Source of the DNA: [Candidatus Thermochlorobacteriaceae] bacterium GBChlB
GTDB lineage: Bacteria > Bacteroidota > Chlorobiia > Chlorobiales > Thermochlorobacteraceae
Length of the DNA stretch: 64,000 nt
Assembly (NCBI GenBank): GCA_000724175.1
Contig: JPGV01000018.1
Location: 15,647-79,646, forward strand
Reading direction: 5' to 3'
The position numbers and the translations under genes are program-made. Below the pieces are notes generated by a model, which saw only the letters and a list, made by a program, of their open reading frames with translations, was not told the DNA's origin and searched no databases. This document shows positions 9,504-18,317 of the stretch, one piece after another (positions within the stretch are counted from its first letter, which is position 1; each line of letters begins with the position of its first letter).

Positions 9504-9566
9504 AATGGAGACAAGCAAAAAAAGTCTTATGTTTGCGCGATTGTCGTTAATAAAGCCGAAACCTCA

Positions 9567-10127
9567 ATGACAACGTCGGAGACAGGCAATGCCGAAATTT
9601 TTGAGCTGTATCGATACACGTCGGCAGCGCGCATTTTGATGACCTTCAAGGGCGCGTTCTCGCAGGAACTGCTCGTCGAATTGGGCGACATCATCAAAAA
9701 GCAACACGGCGATGGCAACGACGTGCGAAAAATGTTCTCTGTCTTTGTGGAAATGGCGCAGAACATTCTCTACTACTCGGCGGAAAAAGAAACGCGCCGC
9801 AGCGACGGCAAAGAGGTCGGCGTCGGCATCGTGCTTATCCGCGATATGGACAAGTATTTTTGCATTACCTCGGGCAATCAAATCGAGAAGGAGCGCGGCG
9901 AAAAAATTTACGCCCGTTGTGAAGAACTTGCTGCGCTCGGCAAAGAAGACTTAAAAGCCCTGTATCACGAGCGACGGCAGTCGCAAGCGCCAGAAGGCAG
10001 CAAAGGCGCAGGATTAGGGCTTATTGATATGATGCGCAAATCGGACGCGCCGCCGAACTTTGAACTTCGCGCCATTGACGAACACTTGTCGTTTTTCATT
10101 CTTAACATCATGATTCAAAAAGTATGA
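9567..10127 (+). CDS. SiaB-family small GHKL-type protein kinase (anti-sigma-kinase-like)
   Basis: 186 aa with an ATP-lid G-box (SKGAGLGLIDMMRKS). Its stop overlaps the next start (ATGA at 10124-10127). It sits between a PP2C gene and a DUF1987 gene. Confidence 0.7.
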   Translation: MTTSETGNAEIFELYRYTSAARILMTFKGAFSQELLVELGDIIKKQHGDGNDVRKMFSVFVEMAQNILYYSAEKETRRSDGKEVGVGIVLIRDMDKYFCITSGNQIEKERGEKIYARCEELAALGKEDLKALYHERRQSQAPEGSKGAGLGLIDMMRKSDAPPNFELRAIDEHLSFFILNIMIQKV

Positions 10128-10501
10128 ACAACCTAAGCGTTAATCCTACCAAAACCACCCCTCAAATTTCGTTCAACGCGGACAGCGGCGTGCTGGAAGT
10201 GTCTGGACAATCCTATCCTGAATCTGCCGTCGAGTTCTATCAGCCAATTATGGACTGGCTGAACCAGTTTTTCTCCAACTCCACTAAACAAGTCGAGTTG
10301 AACTTTAAGTTGAACTACTTTAACACGAGTTCTTCAAAGTGCATTCTGAACATCTTGCGGCTCTTTGAAAAAGCACATGCGGAGGGCAAGCCCGTTAAAG
10401 TCAACTGGTATCACCACGAAGCAGACGAGCAAATGCAAGAAACGGGCGAAGAGTTCGCCGAACACCTGACCATGCCGTTCAAAGTGATTTCGTTCAAATA
10501 A
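10124..10501 (+). CDS. DUF1987 (SiaC-family) partner-switch protein
   Basis: 125 aa with the pattern ISFNADSGVLEVSGQSYPE...FYQPIMDWL...LNFKLNYFNTSSSKCILNIL. Thr68 lies in the conserved FNTSS motif (codon 10325-10327). Confidence 0.75.
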   Translation: MNNLSVNPTKTTPQISFNADSGVLEVSGQSYPESAVEFYQPIMDWLNQFFSNSTKQVELNFKLNYFNTSSSKCILNILRLFEKAHAEGKPVKVNWYHHEADEQMQETGEEFAEHLTMPFKVISFK

Positions 10502-10545
10502 CAAGCCACGCTGCACGACGGCATCCGAAGTCAACACATTTGATA

Positions 10546-11376
10546 ATGAAAAAAGAAAACCTTGACCGAATGAGCGCGATGAAGCGCGTTCAAGCGCGGC
10601 TGAATCTGGACGGAAAAACCGTGATGAAAACCAACAAGAAGCAGAAACAGAGCGAAGAGTACGAAAAAATCTTCAAACATGAATTGGACGTCGCAACCCA
10701 CGCCGCCAAGATGTTAGAGGACAATACGCTTAAAAAAGATGAATGGAAATCCGAATATGAAGCGCTGCTCAAAGAGTATAAAGCGCTCCTGCGCCAAGCC
10801 ATGAAGATGACCAAAATCGGCGACGGCACGCAGCAAAAATTGCTCAAAACACAAGAAGAACTCGCGCTCGCCAACGAAAAATTAGAACGACAAGCCGTAA
10901 CCGACGCGCTGACCGGCCTCTACAACCGACGCTACTTGGACGCCAAACTCGCCGATGCCTTCGAGACCGCCAAGCGCGACCACCAGCCACTTGCAGTCTC
11001 CATTAACGACATCGACTTCTTCAAAAAAATCAACGACCGATTCTCGCATCAAACCGGAGATGATGTGCTGCGCATCGTGGCAAAACTGCTGCGCGAGAGC
11101 GTCCGCAATGGCACAACCGTCGCTCGATACGGCGGCGAAGAATTTGTCATGGTCTTTCCCAACACGGATTTACACACAGCGGTCGCTGAGTGCGAAAAAG
11201 TCCGCAAAGCCATTGAGTCTTACGACTGGAAAACAGTGCATCTCGACCTTGCAGTAACGATTAGCATGGGCGTGTGTGCTGACCTCTCGCACGCGAACAG
11301 CGAAAAGTTTCTCTCTGCGGCTGACGAAAAACTCTACGAAGCCAAACACAACGGCAGAAATCAAGTGCGGTTCTGA
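10546..11376 (+). CDS. Diguanylate cyclase (coiled coil + GGDEF; SiaD-like position)
   Basis: GGDEF domain motifs: DALTGLYNRRYL, DIDFFKKINDRFSHQTGD, RYGGEEFVMVFP and LYEAKHNGRNQV. ATG at 10546 is preferred over the TTG at 10540. Confidence 0.85.
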   Translation: MKKENLDRMSAMKRVQARLNLDGKTVMKTNKKQKQSEEYEKIFKHELDVATHAAKMLEDNTLKKDEWKSEYEALLKEYKALLRQAMKMTKIGDGTQQKLLKTQEELALANEKLERQAVTDALTGLYNRRYLDAKLADAFETAKRDHQPLAVSINDIDFFKKINDRFSHQTGDDVLRIVAKLLRESVRNGTTVARYGGEEFVMVFPNTDLHTAVAECEKVRKAIESYDWKTVHLDLAVTISMGVCADLSHANSEKFLSAADEKLYEAKHNGRNQVRF

Positions 11377-11464
11377 GCGCAGTTTGGACTTCACTCCAAA
11401 TAGATTATATTCATCGTTAGCCGAAAGTCAATCGTGGCTAAAACACATCTTGGAGTAGTGAAGT

Positions 11465-12007
11465 ATGGAATGGTTCAAGAGCCTCCTCGGAATTGCCTCC
11501 GATGTTGAAGCGGTCTATTGGATTTTGGCGATTACCTCCACCGCGCTCTTCCTTTTGAAAATTTTCTTCAACTTTGGCGATGAGCATGAAGGGGATGACG
11601 TGGTATCGCTCTCCTCAATCCTCTCATTTTTGAAAGTTGGCGCATGGATGGGGGTGTTATGTTTTCGGCTGACAGATTTTTCGGTATGGACAATCTTGTT
11701 GGTTACACTCCTCTCTGGCAGCATTGGGTTTATTGGAGCGGTCTGGATTCTGCGTCGGGTGCGCGGTCTGGAATCCTCTGGCACTCTCACGCTTGAAAAC
11801 GCTGTTGGGAAAATTGGAACCGTGTATTACAACTTACCCAAAGACAAAAACGATGTCGGGCAAATTCAAGTCGAGGTGCAGGGGCGGCTGGCGACGCTCA
11901 ATGCCAAGAGCGATGGCGTTGAAATCAAAACCGGCAGTAAAGTCTTCGTGTATGGCGTAGAGAACGGCGCTTTGCTCGTCGAGCCGCATTCGGGCGACGA
12001 AAACTAA
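11465..12007 (+). CDS. NfeD-like membrane protein (OB-fold C-terminus)
   Basis: 180 aa with N-terminal TM helices and a C-terminal beta-rich segment (GKIGTVYYNL...GQIQVEVQGRLATLNAKS...KVFVYGVENGALLVEP). It lies directly upstream of a flotillin gene, the classic NfeD-SPFH pairing. Confidence 0.65.
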   Translation: MEWFKSLLGIASDVEAVYWILAITSTALFLLKIFFNFGDEHEGDDVVSLSSILSFLKVGAWMGVLCFRLTDFSVWTILLVTLLSGSIGFIGAVWILRRVRGLESSGTLTLENAVGKIGTVYYNLPKDKNDVGQIQVEVQGRLATLNAKSDGVEIKTGSKVFVYGVENGALLVEPHSGDEN

Positions 12008-12056
12008 CTTCAAACCCAAAATTTTACACAACAACTACCCTTCAGGAGAACCACCA

Positions 12057-13613
12057 ATGGAAGCCTTTATCAAATTCCTAACGACCTCATTTGGTCTTGT
12101 TTTCGTCGCGTTTATCTTGCTGGTGGCGGCAGCGTTGCGCTACTACAAGCGGTGTCCGTCGAATAAAATTTTGGTGATTTACGGACGGGTCAGCGGCGGC
12201 AAAAGTGCAAAGTGTATTCACGGCGGCGGCAGTATTGTCATTCCGCTCATTCAGGATTCGCAGTATATGAGTTTGCAGCCAATCCCGATTGAAATAAAAC
12301 TCACCGGCGCGCTCTCTCAGCAAAATATCCGCGTTAATACACCAAGCACATTCACAGTGGCGATTTCGACCGAAGAGAACATTATGCTCAACGCTGCTGA
12401 ACGCCTGCTTGGGCTGACGACGGAGCAAATCGCCCTGCAAGCCGAAGAAATTATCTTAGGACAGTTGCGGCTCGTGATTGCCACATTGACGATTGAAGAA
12501 ATCAACCGCGACCGCGAGACCTTCTTGAAAAAAATCAACCAAAACGTTGCCACTGAGCTGCACAAAGTCGGTCTTGATTTAATCAATGTTAATATCCGCG
12601 ACATCACTGACGAGTCGGGATACATTGAAGCCATCGGAAAAAAATCGGCTGCCGAAGCCATCAACAAAGCCCGCGTCGAGGTCGCCGAGCAAGAACGCAT
12701 TGGCTCAATTGGTGTTGCCAAAGCCACGCGCGAGAAGGAAGTGCAAGTGGCGTTAGAAACTGCCGAGACCGAGAAAGGTAAGCGCGAAGCCGAAAAGAAT
12801 CAACGGATTGCGACCGCGCTGTTGGAGACCGAAGGCGCGACGGCGGAAGCAAAGTCAATGCGCGAAAAAGACGTCGAGGTTGCCAACCAACTTGCCGAAG
12901 CGGAAATCGGAAAGAAACGCGCCGAAGCGCAAAAGAGAACTGCCACTGCCGAATCAGAAGCGCTTGCGGTCGAGGGCGAAAACATCGCTAAAATTCGCGC
13001 CGCCGAATCCAATGCACTGCTCGCCGAAAAAAATGCGCTGGCGTTTCAGCGCAGCGAAGTCGCTAGAGCGCAAGCCGATACCGAAGTCTTGAAGGCGCAA
13101 CGCGAGCGTGAATCGGCAAAGTTGCAAAAAGAAGAACTCGTCAAACAGGAAATTGAGAAACTCAAAATTCAAGTCGATGCCGAAGCCGCAGCGGAGCGCA
13201 CGCGCGCGATTGCCAAAGGTGAAGCCGACGCCACTCTCGCTAAATATCAAGCCGAAGCCGAGGGCTTGAAAAAGTTGCTCGAAGCCAAAGCAGATGGATA
13301 CAAAGAAATCATCAACGCCTGCCAAAGCGACCCGAAAGTTGCCGCCACGCTGCTTATGATTGAAAAAATTGAAACGCTCGTCGAAAAACAAGTCGAGGCG
13401 ATTTCGAAAATCAAAATTGATAAAATCACCGTTTGGGATTCAGGCTCGAGCAACGGCGAGGGCAGCTCGACCTCGAATTTCATCAAGAGTTTCATCACCT
13501 CGCTGCCGCCGCTGCAAGAAATCGCCAAGCAAAGCGGCGTCGAACTGCCTGCCTATCTTGGCACCTTGGCAGAGACCAACGAAAAACCGCATATCGACAG
13601 CACCAAAAAGTAA
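12057..13613 (+). CDS. Flotillin-family SPFH/Band-7 protein (YqiK-like)
   Basis: 518 aa with an N-terminal membrane anchor and an SPFH domain. A long Ala/Glu-rich flotillin coiled coil follows (EAEKNQRIATALLETEGATAEAKS...AEAEGLKKLLEAKADGYKEII). Confidence 0.8.
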   Translation: MEAFIKFLTTSFGLVFVAFILLVAAALRYYKRCPSNKILVIYGRVSGGKSAKCIHGGGSIVIPLIQDSQYMSLQPIPIEIKLTGALSQQNIRVNTPSTFTVAISTEENIMLNAAERLLGLTTEQIALQAEEIILGQLRLVIATLTIEEINRDRETFLKKINQNVATELHKVGLDLINVNIRDITDESGYIEAIGKKSAAEAINKARVEVAEQERIGSIGVAKATREKEVQVALETAETEKGKREAEKNQRIATALLETEGATAEAKSMREKDVEVANQLAEAEIGKKRAEAQKRTATAESEALAVEGENIAKIRAAESNALLAEKNALAFQRSEVARAQADTEVLKAQRERESAKLQKEELVKQEIEKLKIQVDAEAAAERTRAIAKGEADATLAKYQAEAEGLKKLLEAKADGYKEIINACQSDPKVAATLLMIEKIETLVEKQVEAISKIKIDKITVWDSGSSNGEGSSTSNFIKSFITSLPPLQEIAKQSGVELPAYLGTLAETNEKPHIDSTKK

Positions 13614-13817
13614 GTCGGAATATCCAAAAGCGCCTGATAACATTCTTTCTTACCGCTGGCGCTAAAAACAGGAGTGTTGCAGGGAATTTCTCTGCATAAA
13701 CGCGCGTTCTTTCCTGTGGTTTCTCCGCCGCCCAAAGCACATTGAGCATTGAAAACGATGCTGGATAAACAAGCTGAGTTGAAAAAGTGTTGAAATGAAA
13801 CCACGCCAATTTTTGCT

Positions 13818-16406
13818 GTGCCGAAACGACTCTTAAATGACTTCCGACGACTGCTGCTGCTTACGCTGACGCCGCTCTTGCTCGAGCAGAGCTACGCAGG
13901 CGGCACACTGAAAGGAAAAGTCAGCGATGAAACGACCAAAGAGCCGATTGCGGGCGCGTCGCTGCGGCTGGTGGGGACAGAACTTGGCGCGATTGCAAAA
14001 GCCGACGGCTCGTTTATCATCTCCAACATTCCTGCCGGAAAATATGTCCTTCAAGTGGCTTTTGTGGGCTACAAGACGCTCTCAAAAGACATCACCATTC
14101 AAGACGGCGAGACCCAAACGCTTATACTGACGCTCAAAGAAAGCGCGATTGAAGCCGATGAGATTGAAGTTTCCGCCAGCGATTTTCGTCAGCCGAAGGA
14201 AGATGTGCGCACCAGCCTTTACAAACTTGAACCGACTCAGGTGAAAAGCTTGGCTGGCGGCGTCGAGGATGTGCTGCGGGCGTTGCAGGCGATTCCGGGC
14301 GTCTTGGCCGCAAACGATTTTTCGTCGCAATTGTTCATTCGTGGCTCAGGACCAGACCAAAACTTAATGGTCGTCGATGATATTGAAGTCTTCAACCCGT
14401 ATCGGCTCTACGGCACGATTAGCATGTTCAACCCCGAAACCATTGCCGATATTAGCCTTATCACGGGCGGCTTCCCTGCCAAATATGGCGACCGGTTGTC
14501 GGCGGTCTTGGACGTATCGAATCGGGACGGCGTGCGCGACCGCTATTTTGCCACACAAATCAACGCGAACATCACCGACGCAAATGTCGTTGCCGAAGGG
14601 AAATCCCCTTTTGGCGTCGACGGCTCGTGGCTCTTGTCGGCAAGGCGCACCTACTACGACTTAATCGTCGGGCCAATTTTGCGCAGCGCGCGGCTCGTCG
14701 ACGGCAATACAGCATTTCCAAACTTTGCTGATGTGCAACTGCGCTTGGCAATGAACCTAACGCCACAACATCGACTGCAATTTACCGGCATCATCGGCCG
14801 CGACGGTATCGATGTGATTAGTTCCGCCCGAAGCGACGAGCGACCTGATAGTGTCAATGTCGGCAATACGACCAACAACGATGTCGCTGGATTGGCGTGG
14901 CACTTCAGACCGAACTCTGCGATGTTCAATAAGCTCGTTGTCTCGTGGTATAAAAACAGCGGCACGTCGCGCTTTGCGGGAAATTTCGTCGACCGTATCA
15001 ATTACCCTAACGACAAACTCGACAGCGCGCTCAAAGCCAACCCGCTTGCGGTCATTCAATTGGCAGCCGCCACCGTGCAATCCGAAAACGCATTTGGCTT
15101 CGAGAAATGGAATTTCCGAAATGACTTCTCGCTCAAACTTGACCGACAGCTCCTCGAGATGGGCGGCGCAGTCGATGTGCTAACGACCTCAATTTTCTTT
15201 TTCTTGCGACCAAACGAACAACTGCGCTCCGTCTTTCAGGCTCAACAGGGAAGCGGGCGACTCGGCGCGCTGCCATTTGATACGACGGTAACGCAAGCCC
15301 AAACCTATCTGCGCGGTAACCTGTATGCGCAAAACCGCATCGAAGCCATTGAAGGGAAATTGTATCTCCAAATCGGCGGACGGCTGGACTACTACCAAAT
15401 CATCGACAAGTTTTACCTCTCGCCCAGAGTCAACATCTCATATTCGTTGGACGACAACACCACGCTGCGCGGCGCATGGGGACTGTATTTTCAATCGCCG
15501 GGCTACGAGAAACTCATCGACCAGCAGCAGTTCATCGACCTGCGCGACGCCGATTACATTCGCTCTCTAAGCGCAGAACGCTCGATGCACTTCGTTGCAG
15601 GAATTGACCGCTGGCTGTCTGATAAGTTGCAACTCAGAGTTGAGGCGTATTACAAAGCATTCAACGATTTGATTGTGCAGCGAAAAGAAACGCAAACGGT
15701 GTATGTCTCGCGCTTTCTTGGGGGCGATGCGTTCAACAAGGCGAATTGGTCGACGCCCGAAGCGCAAGAACGGCGCGTGCTTTCCGCAGTTCCTGCCAAT
15801 GATGGACGCGGCGACGCTTACGGCATCGAGATGATTTTGGAAAAACGCAATACATCGAAAGACGACCGCTTCAACGGCTGGATAAGCTATGCACTGGCGT
15901 TTGCAAATCGTTACCGTGACGGGCTGACCATTCCGTTCAACTTCGACCAGCGCCACACCATCAACGTCGTCGGCGGCTACAAACTCAACGACTGGCTCGA
16001 CTTGGCAGTGCGTTGGCGGTATGGAAGCGGCTTTCCCGTTACGCTTGCCATCGGTGTGCAACCGCGCGTCATTCAAAATCTGAACGGTCAATACGTGGTG
16101 CAAACGGACGCGCTCTTCGGGCGCACCATGTTTAACCTCGACTACGGCGGGGAAGAAAATCTCAATGCGGCACGGCTGCCCGCGTATCACCGTCTCGATG
16201 TGCGTCTGACCGCATCGGCACAATTCTGGGGCGCAAACTGGGGATTTTATTTGGATATGATTAACCTCTACAACCGCACGAATGTGGTCGGCTATCAACA
16301 CGACGTTGAGTGGGACGTGCCGATAGGGCAACTGCCGCAAGTGATTCGACAAGCCAATGGCATGTTGCCGCTTATTCCCACACTTGGCGTCAGCGCGGTG
16401 TTTTAG
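13818..16406 (+). CDS. TonB-dependent receptor with an N-terminal carboxypeptidase-regulatory-like domain
   Basis: 862 aa with a GTG start and a signal-like N-terminus. The CarboxypepD_reg pattern is GTLKGKVSDETTKEPIAGASLRLVGT...GKYVLQVAFVGY and the plug motif is DVLRALQAIPGV. The terminal residue is the aromatic F. Confidence 0.85.
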   Translation: MPKRLLNDFRRLLLLTLTPLLLEQSYAGGTLKGKVSDETTKEPIAGASLRLVGTELGAIAKADGSFIISNIPAGKYVLQVAFVGYKTLSKDITIQDGETQTLILTLKESAIEADEIEVSASDFRQPKEDVRTSLYKLEPTQVKSLAGGVEDVLRALQAIPGVLAANDFSSQLFIRGSGPDQNLMVVDDIEVFNPYRLYGTISMFNPETIADISLITGGFPAKYGDRLSAVLDVSNRDGVRDRYFATQINANITDANVVAEGKSPFGVDGSWLLSARRTYYDLIVGPILRSARLVDGNTAFPNFADVQLRLAMNLTPQHRLQFTGIIGRDGIDVISSARSDERPDSVNVGNTTNNDVAGLAWHFRPNSAMFNKLVVSWYKNSGTSRFAGNFVDRINYPNDKLDSALKANPLAVIQLAAATVQSENAFGFEKWNFRNDFSLKLDRQLLEMGGAVDVLTTSIFFFLRPNEQLRSVFQAQQGSGRLGALPFDTTVTQAQTYLRGNLYAQNRIEAIEGKLYLQIGGRLDYYQIIDKFYLSPRVNISYSLDDNTTLRGAWGLYFQSPGYEKLIDQQQFIDLRDADYIRSLSAERSMHFVAGIDRWLSDKLQLRVEAYYKAFNDLIVQRKETQTVYVSRFLGGDAFNKANWSTPEAQERRVLSAVPANDGRGDAYGIEMILEKRNTSKDDRFNGWISYALAFANRYRDGLTIPFNFDQRHTINVVGGYKLNDWLDLAVRWRYGSGFPVTLAIGVQPRVIQNLNGQYVVQTDALFGRTMFNLDYGGEENLNAARLPAYHRLDVRLTASAQFWGANWGFYLDMINLYNRTNVVGYQHDVEWDVPIGQLPQVIRQANGMLPLIPTLGVSAVF

Positions 16407-16452
16407 CATGGGAAAAAGACACTGTCGTCGCGCTGTCTTGCATTAAAATCCG

Positions 16453-16460
16453 TATCTTTT
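16453..16460 (+). promoter_or_regulatory. Candidate Bacteroidetes-type -7 box (TATCTTTT, compare TAnnTTTG) for the MFS gene
   Basis: The motif ccgTATCTTTT ends 18 nt upstream of ATG 16479. The same cgTATCTT core recurs upstream of four other genes in this window. Confidence 0.35.
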
Positions 16461-16478
16461 CAGGCAAATATCTCAAAA

Positions 16479-17750
16479 ATGAACACATCTGAATCTGCTT
16501 TGACCAACAACCGCGAGCGGCTGTTGCTGTTCGTGCTTGCGGTTGTTCAGTTCTCTCACATCTTGGATTTCGTCATTATGATGCCACTCGGACCGCAATT
16601 TATGCGTGTCTTTCACATCACGCCGCAGGAGTTCGGCTTGATTGTCTCGTCATACACATTCAGCGCGGCGATATTTGGATTTCTTGGCGCATTTTTCATC
16701 GACCGCTTCGACCGCCGAACTGCGCTGCTGGCGCTCTACGCTGGCTTCGTGCTTGGCACATTGGCGTGCGCGGTTGCACCGAACTACGAGTTGTTGGTTG
16801 TGGCGCGGGCGGTGGCGGGCGCGTTTGGCGGCATTTTGGGCGCGCTCATTTTTGCGATTGTCGGCGACTGCATTCCCGACGTGCGGCGCGGCGCCGCGAC
16901 AGGCGTGATTATGTCGTCGTTCTCGGTAGCGTCGGTCTTAGGTGTGCCGTTTGGGTTGTTCCTTGCCACGAGCCTGAGTTGGCACGCGCCGTTTTTTTTA
17001 CTCGCCGGACTCTCCGCGCTCGCGCTGATGCTTGCCGTCGCGGTGTTACCATCGATGAAAAAACATCTGCTCAATGCGCAACCAACTGCCGCACTTGAAA
17101 ATATGCGCACTGTTCTCTCGTCGCCGAACAACCTTCGCGCGTTTGGATTGATGGCGCTCTTGATGATTGCGGGCTTCTCGGTCATCCCGTTCATCAGTCC
17201 TTACATGGTCGCCAATGTTGGCTTGACGGAAGCGGACTTGCCTTACATTTATTTCTTCGGCGGGCTGGCGACATTTTTCACCTCGCAATGGATTGGGCAA
17301 CTCGCCGATAAATTCGGCAAGCTCGTTGTGTTTAGGATTGTTGCGGTGCTCTCAATCATTCCGATTTTGCTCATCACGAATTTGCCCGTTGTGCCGCTTG
17401 CGGTAGCGCTTGTTTGCACAACGTTGTTCATGATTTGTCTGTCAGGTCGGCTTATTCCCGCAATGGCGATTATCACATCGAGCGTCGAGCCTCGCTATCG
17501 CGGAAGTTTTATGAGCATTAATTCGGCAGTAATGCAAGTCTTTTCAGGCGCAGGGTCGTTTGCGGCGGGCTTCATCATCGGCAAAGCAACTGACGGAACC
17601 ATGACCAGCTACTGGCTGGTTGGACTTATCGCTGCGCTTGCAACCAGCGGCTGTATGATAATCGCTGGCGCCGTGAAAGCAGCGGAGGTTGCCTCGACTG
17701 CCCCTGCAATGCCGCTCACGGAACTCTCGGTATCTGAACCTGCATGTTAA
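16479..17750 (+). CDS. MFS transporter
   Basis: 423 aa with about 12 hydrophobic helices. An MFS loop motif sits after TM2 (FFIDRFDRRTAL). Confidence 0.8.
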   Translation: MNTSESALTNNRERLLLFVLAVVQFSHILDFVIMMPLGPQFMRVFHITPQEFGLIVSSYTFSAAIFGFLGAFFIDRFDRRTALLALYAGFVLGTLACAVAPNYELLVVARAVAGAFGGILGALIFAIVGDCIPDVRRGAATGVIMSSFSVASVLGVPFGLFLATSLSWHAPFFLLAGLSALALMLAVAVLPSMKKHLLNAQPTAALENMRTVLSSPNNLRAFGLMALLMIAGFSVIPFISPYMVANVGLTEADLPYIYFFGGLATFFTSQWIGQLADKFGKLVVFRIVAVLSIIPILLITNLPVVPLAVALVCTTLFMICLSGRLIPAMAIITSSVEPRYRGSFMSINSAVMQVFSGAGSFAAGFIIGKATDGTMTSYWLVGLIAALATSGCMIIAGAVKAAEVASTAPAMPLTELSVSEPAC

Positions 17751-17778
17751 GCGCGACTGTCGCTGTTGAAAAAATCGG

Positions 17779-18246
17779 CTACCACCCCCATGTGCCTTTT
17801 CCGCCCTTGAACGGTCCCTCGATATCCGACGTAATCCAGCCGCCGTAAAAATCGCCGTCTTGCGGAACGATTTTCTCATCATCGACGTAGCAAGCATCAA
17901 CGCGGCTGGCATAAAATGCAAGGTAATCTTTCAGAGCGGCGTATCGCGGCGCAGGTGCGCCATAGCTCCACGCGGCATTAAGCGATGATTTGTCGTTTGC
18001 CGATAAGTTCCAATAACTCGCTGCGCCTTTAAACTCACAGAACGACTTGTTCGTCGAAGCCGAAAGGAATTGTGTTTGAACATCGTCGGGCGGAATGTAA
18101 TATGTCGGCGGGTGGCTTGTTTCCAACAGCCGCAAGGCGCGTGTGGAATCAGCAATCACGACGCCCGCAAAGACAACGCGAATCCGACGCGTCGTCGGTT
18201 CAAGGCGCGGCGGACGCGGATAATCCCAAACAGATTCTCTTTTCAT
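17779..18246 (-). CDS. DUF427 domain protein
   Basis: 155 aa with the pattern VWDYPRPPRLEP...IRVVFAGVVIADSTRALRLLETSHPPTYYIPPDDV...CEFKGAASYW, typical of DUF427. Confidence 0.7.
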   Translation of the reverse strand: MKRESVWDYPRPPRLEPTTRRIRVVFAGVVIADSTRALRLLETSHPPTYYIPPDDVQTQFLSASTNKSFCEFKGAASYWNLSANDKSSLNAAWSYGAPAPRYAALKDYLAFYASRVDACYVDDEKIVPQDGDFYGGWITSDIEGPFKGGKGTWGW

Positions 18247-18317
18247 CTCAACGACTCGATAACAGTCTCGTTAAAAAATGTGCCGTAACTTTACGCTAAA
18301 ATTTAACTTGCCTGACA

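Noticed and set aside
11465-13613. NfeD-flotillin pair as part of the Sia-like signalling module or as a novel system.
   Set aside because: NfeD-SPFH pairing is a well-known, widespread two-gene unit. It is separated from the cyclase by an 88-nt gap, and there is no evidence of coupling beyond co-orientation.
13614-13817. Possible cobalamin or other riboswitch in the 204-nt leader of the TonB-dependent receptor.
   Set aside because: I could not find a B12-box-like core or the conserved GGTG/GCCACTG-type elements by eye. There is no convincing nested helices-plus-terminator arrangement. A covariance-model search would be needed to settle it.
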